Below are positions 25,497 to 35,983 of a stretch of DNA of 64,000 bases, piece after piece. Under the pieces are notes generated by a model. The model ran no database searches, was not told the DNA's origin, and was given only the letters and a program-made list of their open reading frames with translations. This DNA is from Lepidodermella squamata (Eukaryota; Animalia; Gastrotricha). The stretch is taken from the NCBI GenBank assembly GCA_047495785.1, contig JBLDXI010000031.1:434001-498000 (forward strand), read 5' to 3'. The position numbers were made by a program, and so were the translations under genes. How positions within the stretch are numbered: the first letter of the stretch is position 1; the number at the start of each line of letters is the position of its first letter.

Positions 25497-26290
25497 TTAG
25501 GAGCCTCTCGTACATTTCTCGGCCACAAATGCTCCGGCTGTTGCTGTGATAGCTGTGTTGCTGAACGTGACGCCGTTGGTTCCGAGAACGAGAGATGAGC
25601 AGCACTTAGAATAGGTAGAATGAGTGTATTGTGCGTTAGGAACTGTATCAGTCTACAAAGGAGCCCCTTCCTCAAATTAGAGCAGCTACGTAATATTTAA
25701 TTCGAAAACGTACACTTGTTGTTGCTATAGTATCGGCTGATTTCTCGCAGCTGGAAGGAAATCGCACGCAATATGTCGCACCGGCATTTCCGCAAACTTT
25801 GAAAGGAGCCGTGTCGGTAACGGAGCTGATGATACCACAGTAAGGCACCCATGTTAAATTAACCGGTATTATATCGTTTATCATTGTAGAAGCGGTTCCG
25901 CCGAGAGCAGCGCAACAAAGGTCGAACGAGGTCGCTGAAATGGATGACGGAGAGATGATCGGAGCACCGCCCAAGTTGCAAACGCCCTTGCTAGTGCAAT
26001 ACTTGAGAATTTGTGTGACAGGTCCAGTTCCTATCGTTACGACTGTGCAAGTGGCAAACGATGTCTGGGGCAAATTTCCTTAATCAAATTTCCAAACGGT
26101 TACACGTAAGACTCACGATTGGTGTCTGGCAAGTCTGTGTCGTCAAAGCGCAGGTATTAGACGCAAAACATGCCGTGTTCGCCGGGCAAATACCCGTTGC
26201 GCAATTCGTGCTTGTAACAGATGTCGAAGGTGGACAAGCGACAGCTGAGCAAGCGATGCACGCCAAGCCCAATAAGACTGTAACAATCAT
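25497..26290 (-). CDS. Secreted 18-Cys protein A5
   Basis: Exons 26290-26117, 26064-25714, 25652-25497 with canonical splice sites. Ends EKCTRGS*. Confidence 0.88.
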
Positions 26291-27157
26291 TTGAATTGAA
26301 AAATTAAAATTGTAGATGAAGCTTTAGGTGAGCAATTCAGCGGCAACTTGAAGAGCTTTTAATACCGCACGAGTCGGGTACTTTGTTGCAGACAACTTTT
26401 TGAACGTGTCAGTATGAAAGTGTCGCCATTCAATTCATGTTACTATTTCCGCCAATGTCGTGTGAAACGAGGACACGCGGAATTACGGCGCCGTTTATTC
26501 TACTCTAAATGAGTACCTATTTTTATTAAATAAATGAATAAAAACAGTTGTGACTCGTGACTCCGCCACCTTGTCATTTCTACATCTTTGTTCAGATATG
26601 AGTCTGGTATCCATTGAAGATTTTATCGCCGAGAGCGAAGTACCGCTACCAGTTCCATCGGTCCGTACGGTGAGCTTATTCACAGACCAGAGGGGGACCC
26701 TTATGTCGATTTTTCCAGTCCCTACCAGTTCTGCAGTCCTACTTCGCTCTATGTTTTATCGTTTTAGTCTGTGTTGGAGTTCGAGTTCTGTGTTCGAGGC
26801 AGTCTGTGTTAGAAAGAATTTCATATTTTTGTCAATATCGATATAAATGTTTTAGTATTCGCTAATAAATTCTTAAGCTCGCCTATTCCTTTATTCCATG
26901 ATTTAAGAATTTCCTGCTGATACTGAACATCTACGGCTCTAAAATTGGAATTTCATTATGTCCAGGCAGATTTCTAGGACCCCAAAATAATCTGGATAAT
27001 AGACCATATTTTCATAGTGGAATCTCGTAAAAGCAATAATATTATTATACGTTGATTAACTTTCATATAGTTATCGAATAGATTAGATGAGTTATCTTAT
27101 ATAGCATACTGACACGTCGGGAAGAATTTAACTTCTCGCCTCTCTGCACTACCTAGC

Positions 27158-27991
27158 ATGGCTAGGCAGAATAAGTTGCTCAGTCATCAGATAGCCGTTC
27201 AGACATTTCACCTCATTATAAGGAAATATTCTTTCTGCCTTTTCACTAATTTGATTGTGACATGCCTGAGTGGCATATCGTTAGCCTGCCCCGCCTCCAC
27301 AACTGCTGCTACAAGCTGCGCGGTAGGCGTTTGCCAATCGGGCCAATCGTGCCGAGCTGTCAACCAGTATAAGTGGCCAAAGTTGTTCAGACGTGTGTTC
27401 TTTCCTATACTAAAGTTCACACCGTGGCATAACTTTCATTAATTATTATAGAATTTCATGTCATGTCGTGTGGCTACTGTCGGCGGAACTGGTGTCGGTT
27501 TGACGGAGGCTAACGGCATCAGATATTGCACGCTGGTCAGAACTTGCGCCCTGGGTGGCAGTACGATTGCGCAGACCTACAACAGCTTCGATGCATGCTG
27601 CACGGGAATAACTGCTCAGATTTGGGACATTTTCATTGTCAGCGGACAAAAAATTCATGCCTGCCTCAGTCCCACAACAGCCGATTCCACGCCATATAAA
27701 GTCTGCAGTAATGGCGATAATCCTTACTGCCTGCGCTTTCCTTCGTCTTGCGAACTTTTCTCCACAATCAGCTCCACACTGGTGAATTTTTATTCTGAAT
27801 AAACTGTAGCCGTTTATTAGACTTTGATAATATGATAGACTGACACACTACCGAATGGTATTAACCAGTACTCCACTTTTTCTCTATGCTGCGGACGATT
27901 GAACAAAGGTTCGCCCGGAATAACTTATTCAGATTCGGCATCATCCGCAACCTATGGCGGTTTCACGGTCGACAAATGCATGAAAGCGTAA
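27158..27991 (+). pseudogene. Type B copy B5 with a 5-bp frameshifting deletion in exon 1
   Basis: CAGT-ATAAGTGGC at ~27369 versus CAG TGC GAT ATT AGC GG in paralogues. Exons 27452-27781 and 27839-27991 are intact. Confidence 0.78.
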
Positions 27992-28441
27992 AAAAGATCA
28001 AGAGAGAGGTCGGCTTCAGGATACAAGATTACGGCATATACTTCACTCCAATTTTCTCACTCTGCACTAGCAGGGATGATCCCCATATTATTTCTCCCTG
28101 TCCCGTTACTTTGCTCTCTATGTTGAGGGTATTTCGATAAATGATATATAAATGGTTTTTTAATTTTGGGGGCGAATAAGAGAAATAAATAACTTCGACA
28201 TACATACTTCATTTTTTCAATTAATATACAATATTCGACTGTACATCTTATAGGTAACGATGGACGCAGGCCTGAGGCGCGAATATCCGTCTAGATCCAC
28301 CGATAGCACCCGGAAATTGTTCACCTATTCGAACTGCTTATTATTTGTGTCCATCTTTTTATTCTCTAAAAATTATCGGAAAATGACTAAAATTGAGTTG
28401 TGTTAACTATTTTTGCAGATTAACTCGGTTTTACTTGTGTT

Positions 28442-29214
28442 TCAGGCCCCTCTGGTGCATTTCTCAACATGGAAAGCGCCCACTGTTGACGTGGCGGCCC
28501 CGTTGCTGAATTGGACGCCATTGAATGCTGCGACAAGGTTGGAGCAGCAACCGGCATAGCTAGCCGAGACTAAACTGCCAAAAGAGGCAGGGAGTACATC
28601 TGCCTGTATAAAATTCGTTCATAAAAAATTAGAATTGCACAGAAAACGAACTATAGTAGCAGAGACTGCAGCACTGTTCGTCTCACAGCTGGATGGGAAT
28701 CGCAAGCAGTACGCAGCGCCAGCAGAACCACATACTTTGAACGGCGTCGCATCAGTACCAAGGACACCACAGTAGGACACCCACGTTGAATTGACCGATA
28801 TGACATCGTATATCGTCGTCGTCGCGGTGCCACCAAGATACGAGCAGCAAAGATCGAACGAAGTCGCCGCAGCTCCCGTCGAGGCGCCGCCCATATTACA
28901 CAAGCCCGATCTTGTGCAGTATTTGAGGGTGGCTGCCACAGGAGCAGCTCCAATCGTCTGAACTGAGCAAATGATAAAAAGTGTCTAGAACAACAAGCCT
29001 GTTGAGCATATCCTCCTGAAATGTTTGAATAGTGACTCACGGTTGGTGATTGACAAGTCTGTCTCGCCAACGCACAGGTGTCATCCGTATTACAGACTTG
29101 ACTTGCTGGGCAAATGCCTGTAGCACAATTTGTGCTAGCGGCAGTTGTTGAAGATGGGCAGGCTATGGCGGAGCTAACAAGGTATGCCAATATCCAGTAG
29201 AGAGTGGGAATCAT
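28442..29214 (-). CDS. Secreted 18-Cys protein A6
   Basis: Exons 29214-29041, 28984-28652, 28603-28442. Ends EKCTRGA*. Confidence 0.88.
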
Positions 29215-29516
29215 TTGTAGCTGAGAGTTTGAAAAGCGGAAGTTGAAGAGTAAATCTAACAGTTTGGCAGCAGCTCTTAACAGCTTTTAACAGCACAAGA
29301 GAGAGAATCTCTCGACACGTGTGGATGTTGCGAGATCTCGTGCCATTATCAATGTGTCATCGCTATATTAATTGGTATCCGCTTTGCCGTGTGAGACGAG
29401 AGCAAACAAGGTAACGTGAAGAATCATTGCGGCACATATTCTATTCATAACTGAGTGTGTATATTTTGATTAAAAACACGAGTCGGTTGCTAACGAGTCG
29501 TTGGAAGCCTTATCAT

Positions 29517-30342
29517 ATGGCTTTCTACGGCTACCAACAGGCGAGTCGAAAGCTTTTTTATTGTCATTTTCAGCAATATTTTCTGCTGCAGTACGCTATC
29601 TTGCTAGCCTCATGCCTTGTTGAAGCATCAATCGCCTGCCCTGCCTCCACGACTACTCCTACAAGTTGTGCGACTGGTGTTTGCCAATCGGGACAATCGT
29701 GCCGAACCATCAACCAGTGCGATATTAGCGGCCAGAGTTGCGCAGATGTGAGTTCTTCCTTATTCAAGTCTTCATTTCGGTAAACAGCGTGACATACCAC
29801 TAGAATTACATGTCGTGCCGTGTGGCTACCATCGGCGGAACTGGCGTCGGTTTGACGGAAGCTAACGGCATCAGGTATTGCACGTACATCAAATCATGCG
29901 CTCTCGGTGGCAGCACTATTGCGCAGACCTACAACAGCTTCGAGGCGTGCTGCACAGGGATAACTGCTCAAATCTGGGACGTTTTCACAGTCAACGGGCG
30001 GAAAATCGAGGCCTGCCTCAGTCCCACAACAGCCGATACCACACCCTATAAAATCTGCGCTGGCGCTAACCCATACTGCTTGCGTTTTCCTTCGTCTTGT
30101 GAAACGAGTTCATCCGTGATGAGCTCAACAGCGGTGAGAGTTTATGAGAGTTTCATCTTGTTATTTCTAGATCCCTTTAATAAAGACAGGCCGACTCGGC
30201 ACCTGCTGGAACCCTTTCTTACAGCTCATATGCTATGTGCTGTGCGCGCCTGAACAAAGGCGCGCCTGGTATAACATATTCCTACTCGGCAACATCAGCC
30301 ACTTACGGCAGTTTCGCCGTCGACAAATGCTCTAAAGCATAA
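29517..30342 (+). CDS. Secreted 18-Cys protein B6 (start uncertain)
   Basis: Exons ..29747, 29804-30133, 30190-30342. Ends VDKCSKA*. Confidence 0.85.
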
Positions 30343-31799
30343 CTATATTATGCAAGATCGAGAAAGGCCTACTAATAACGTGTACTATTAGCTTGCGGCA
30401 ACCTTCATTCTATTTTTCTCCTTTTGAAGTGGACGCTTGGAAGTTTGGAGTAAATATTTTCTCATCAATGAACCTTTTTCTCCCTCATCGTCCCATCATT
30501 GTATCATTAATATCCTTGCGGCTGATACAAATTTATCGAACTGAAATACGCGCCTTACTCAGTGGCTTCATGCTTATCTGGAATCATGACCCAAGTAATT
30601 CCAACGTGGTTCGTGGTGTATCAGAAGAAATGCTGCCCGAAATCAATGTCATTTTAATGCTTGATCCAACAAACCACGTTGAATGGCTCATCGCTCATTG
30701 AGAATCTTTCCGAAGATGAATATCAAAGTTGAACTGATCTTCACTTGGTATTCATTCGACGCTAATTGTGCTATATTTGTAATGACAACAATAAAATGTC
30801 TCTGAAACATATTCTTCCAACTCGGTCAAAGATCAGCAGGGAAATATTTATTGCAATGCAAACGGCCTATTTCCTGTTTCTCGAAAAAATCTTAAACTTT
30901 TTCAAAACTAACAATGCCAAATACATCTTTCCTATAAATACAGTGATGTTATTGACGGTATATCGGGAAAGGTATCGCGTGGTAGCTCGTTCAATTGATT
31001 GCATCCTCTTACATCCTTCGAAAAGGTGCCTTTTCGACCTGGTTCTTCGACGGTTTTTCGAGCTGTAGTTCATGACGGTGTTTCTCGCCCGCTGCCGTCT
31101 CTGCCTTCGAGTGGATTTGTTCTGTCCCCCGAGCTGCATTTTTGTTTCGTGGTAATCCAATGCGAATCTAAACTGTAATCAAAGGACCTCATCAAACCTA
31201 ATCACTTTGAGTGCAGCTATCATAGAAACTACCCCGATCAGACGTAACTGATTGCTTTTAGCGTCTGATTGAGATGCATTATCTGAATGAGGTTAACGTG
31301 TGCAATCAACAAAGATCGAAATGCTTTTCAGACCTGCCCTGATCACGTTAGAAAAATGTCAAATGAATCCCGTTTGCCGGTGTCAGATCCTTTGAGGCTA
31401 CCGGCACCGAAAATCTTTTGGATTAAAATTGAATGAGTAGAAAAATATTACCGATTGCTGCTAGACTTACATATTCTTTTGTGCCAGCCAAACTGTTTGT
31501 CGGCATTTCCAGATTAGTTTTCAAATTAGGTTTTCGAATATACATGTTTTCGTCAATAATAACAGTTCAAGTCGGGGCAGACGTTTTGTTTCCTGCTAAT
31601 TATCACGTTTTATACTTCCATGCAGCCAAATTCTCAGCATAAGTTTGTTTATCGGACCTGTGTCTGCTATCGATTTGGCTTAGTTACCAGAATTAGATGT
31701 TTGGGTGGCATGCATCGCTCTATTTAAGGCTAGAAATGGTCTTGACAGTTATTTTGAACTCTTTTTAGCGATTATCTAACACAAGCTGACTTGAGTGCC

Positions 31800-34597
31800 A
31801 TGGAATTGAGATTAAGATATTGGCTGCTTTTACAAATGCTTATTAATCTTGCAGTATCGAAGTTGCCATTTCGAGGCCCAATGCCAAAGATCATCACTTC
31901 TTCGGCTTTTGCTAATGAAACGCTAAACAGCGCCACGAACAATCGGAAAATTATCAAACTGATGTCAACCATCAATTACGCGAGTCCATTATTCGCCCTC
32001 GGTACTATGTGCACTGAGTCGATTCGAATGGCCCTTGATAACATGCGGCAACTCCCGAACTTTCTCGAAGATTATGAAATCGTTATTGAACCCTACGAAG
32101 ATTACGTAAGTTGGTGCTTGGGAAGTTCATCAAAATGTTGGTTCTTTCGTTGTCTTTAGTGTGCGCGACAATTCACAGTTTCAGCCTATGTCTCATTTCT
32201 TCAAAGGGCCGTTCTACCTGGAAGTAATGTTTTCCCTCTCACTCTAGCTTCATTTTGTCCTGGAAACAGCCATACTGGAATGATTTCTGTACACCACAAC
32301 GTTCTCCAAGTAAGAACTCACCTTTAATACATTTCTATTCATGATTCAGACATTTCTATTAGCTTACCGAGGTCAGCGCAGCTCCGGAAACCTACAACAA
32401 CCGTCAGCTGTATCGGAATCTGTACCTCATGATGCCGTCTCCGAGCGCTGCCGTAGAATCCGTGGCCTGGTTTTGTCTGAAGATGGGCTGGACACGGCTT
32501 TTCATGTTCTCAGAGAACGTCGACTACGCCATTGAACACGAATCACGAATCATCGCTGAATTCGACCGACTCAATGTTACCTACTCGTTTCAATCAGTCA
32601 AAATCCCGTTTCAGGGCGGTTTACCTCCAGATTCTGAGGCTTTGGAGAGAGGAATTGGGGAACTTGCTGCTTTGAAGCCTAGGATCATGCTGTTTGAGAT
32701 GACAATCTTCTCTCGAGTCGCATGTTGGCTGCATCGATATGGAATTTATGGTCCTAACTACGTCATCTTGATCACAAGTGGCGGGCTCTTTGAAGAAAAT
32801 GATTTTCTTAGATTTATGCCTTGGTGTACCCCACAGATGCTTCGTGACGTTCTCCAAAGCATCATTAGTTTCAGTTACTCGAATGTTATGAATAGTATGT
32901 CTGATGGCGGATTGTCTTACAAAGACTTTACTGGAACGTCGGGCAAGGAATTCGACGAAAAACTCAAACTAATTATCGAAAGTCCTGAGAGGCAACCTGT
33001 TTGGTTCTTTTGGAGGTCATTTTGCTACGACAGCGTCATAGCAGCAGGCTACGTCCTCAATGCGACCGAGTCTGTTCTGAAATCACGTAATCAGTCGCTA
33101 ATTGATTGGATAATGCCGTCGCAGAACTTTCAAAATAACGGAGGCGATATTGTCGACATTATGAAATCAATCCTAGACAAAATGCAACTGCGCACGCTCC
33201 TAGGCGAGGTGACATTCGATCACAGAATGAGGTTCGCCTACTCGCAGATCCAGGTAAGTGAGACGGAAAAAAGCTACGCTAATCAACAGCTGCCGAGACT
33301 TGTTCCTATTCCGGTTGCGATATATAACGTTGATGAGAATAACACAAAATCTATTGAATTTGGTCCTCAAAAAGTTATTTGGAGAACTTGGAATGGAAAA
33401 GCGCCAGAAGATCGACTGAAAGTTGTACAGGTTGAAAAACCAGTTTTAGACCAAGCATCATATGGAGTACTGACATGCCTAGGATGCATCGAATCCTTTC
33501 TCTTAATCCTTCTTCTCGTCGGAACTGTAATGTCTGTGGTATCAAAATCTGAAGGGAATAGGAATTTTGAAGCAAAGTGCTGTAGTATGGTCATGATAAT
33601 TTCCGATTTGCTGCTGTTAAGTTACATTTTATGCCAGCCTCAGGATCCTATCCCTTCGATCCTCCGTTCAAGCTGCATGCTATCATATGCGCTCCTCGTC
33701 TTTGGTTTGGGAGGGATTTTCTTCAGCTTCATGGCGAAGTTCGAGGTAGCTTCATCCTCTATCAGCATTCCTGCGACTAGAGGTAGACTTCAGTCTTACG
33801 CAGCTAAGGATTTTAAACCCAGAGGAAGCAGTGTTCATTTCAGTGAATATTCAACAGATCAAGAGAGGATATCCGTGATACCAGCCAATCAAGCTTCCAG
33901 CTTGAAACGGAAGTTGTTTATATCAGGGTTCGGCGAAATTGGGCTATTTTCATGGCTACTTCTAGCTTGGTTCGTGGCTAGCCCTTTTGAAATAAAAACT
34001 CGAACATTGGACTACGTCGAAGATGCTAGGGACCCTGCCCTGGCTTATCTTTACCTGAGGAAGGAATGCTCTATCCCTGGGGATAAAGTTACCTATGGCA
34101 TAGTTGGAGTTTTAGCCGTCATACTTTCAGCATTCATCCTGAGGTGTTGCCAACTTATTCTTGGACTAAATCGGGTAAGTTTTTTAATTTCCGTTAAGCC
34201 TGGAATAATCTTCACTTCTTTACAACAGAGGAAGAGCTCTCAGAGCAAATTGATGTCAAACTGCTTCTACGGCAGTGTCATATTGATTGGATGTGCTTGT
34301 CTGGTATGTGGCGCCATCTTTAGCGACAATCAAGCTCATCTTCGAATATCGCTGTCCGCTTTCGTTCTGATTCTGCCGCTCATTAACTCGGCCCCGTTAT
34401 TGCAGGAGCTCATCGGCCAGGGAAGGAAAGTTGCTGAGTTGCCTGAGCCCGTTACGGCATTGCGACGGAGAACAATTTCTAATGGGCGAAGGAGTAGCCA
34501 GCAACCTGAGCAGGCTAATTTCAGCGACGTTGCCGGTAATCCTAGCGAAGCAAGAAGAAGTAGCAAGAAATTCAGCGGTTTTCCAGCTTTAAGCTGA
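31800..34597 (+). CDS. Class C GPCR (GABA-B-like) 'R-D', intact close paralogue of R-A
   Basis: Signal peptide, VFT and 7TM. Introns near 32106-32159, 32310-32362 and 34175-34228, at the same positions as in R-A. Confidence 0.9.
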
Positions 34598-35005
34598 AGA
34601 AAATAGTCGAAATGTGACATAACAGATATAGCCCTGAAATATTTTGAAGTTCCGAAGTTTCTGCAGCATAGTATCATTTGTAACGGTAAAAGGTAATTCT
34701 CTGCAAAAAGAAACTCCACAGCAAAAGCAAAAGGGAAGGACTCTTTAGTTGAACTGATCACTTGTCGTGGTTAGCTCTAGCAAAACGTAATTTTTCGCAG
34801 TTTGAACGAATGGTTTTCGAGCCATAGCCCCGAATGACTTATTCGATTTTATTCGATATAATAGCGGATTAAAGAAGAGATTGAAGTAAAATTAATAGGC
34901 TCAATGGTAAACTGGTCAATCGATAGGAAGGTGAAGCATGTACGGGTAACGCATACAGCCTTCAATCTAAGCTGATCGATTCAGGGAATATTTAATGTTT
35001 ATGAT

Positions 35006-35983
35006 TTATGATGGACTCCAGCACATTTCCATCTGGTCAACACCATATATTGTTTGAGTTTGGCGACCGTCACCTCCTTGCCCTGATCTTCCGAGTAGGT
35101 AGCAGCACCCCGTGAATGTACTCGAAGAAAATGATGTAATTCCTGCCTGCAACACATCATCAATGATTCATGAGACATATTGATCGGCAAAAATATACAA
35201 GCTTACCCTTATGTCTACAAGAACATGATTTGAAGCGGAAGCCGTGTGCGGGAAACGAACGCAATAGGCACCTCCAGAAGTCGCACTACCATCTGCAGCT
35301 GTCATTTTATAGGGCCTCGCATCAGCTGATCCAATGCACGTCAACACACCAGCATTGCTGATTCCTTGTGGGAGAACTTCATATTTGATTTTCTGGAGCT
35401 GAATATCAGCAGTTGATACTGTGGCTGAGCAGCATTCGAAAAATGTTTTGAAGGAGTTTGGCGTTTCAGGAGCAGCCTGGCGACACAAATTGATCTGGAG
35501 TTGTGATGCGCATATAAAATAATTACCACAGCAGGAGGTGATGCAGTCAGATAAGATGTACATGAAGCACCGGCGACGTTGTGGCAAAATTTGACAGTTT
35601 GAGATACCGCACCGGAGCCACTGGAGGCCCCTTGGGTTGTCATTGAACACAATCGGTAAGTAGACTGGGTGCAAATATAGGAAACAATTTAATTTGTATA
35701 ACCTCAAGTGAAAAAAGTAGCTTACCGAAGCTGCTGCAGCTTGGCAAGTCTGACCACCGGTAGCACACTGATCGTCGGTCTTGGCGATGCAGTTCTTGCT
35801 GGTGGTATCGCAGACATTTGCAGTGGGAGCGCAGGTTTGCCCAGTGGCGCAAGAGCTGGAAGAAATGGCTGGGCATGTTGGGCATGTTGCGGATGTTGGG
35901 CAAGGAGTTGTTGTAGTCGATGCAGGGCAAGCTGTGACAGCGACACAGACGGAAGCGATGATAGCAAGGGTAAGATAGTCCAT
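35006..35983 (-). CDS. Secreted Cys/Thr-rich protein, type C, copy C1 (~274 aa), distant relative of A/B
   Basis: Exons 35983-35726, 35664-35527, 35494-35207, 35146-35006. Signal peptide then CPASTTT; QTCQ at the end of exon 1; RPYK...YCVRFP; ends MEMCWSPS*. Confidence 0.85.

Noticed and set aside
28651-29214. 187-aa unspliced A6 ORF with an Arg-rich C-terminus
   Set aside because: It reads through intron 1 into the wrong frame. The spliced model matches all paralogues.
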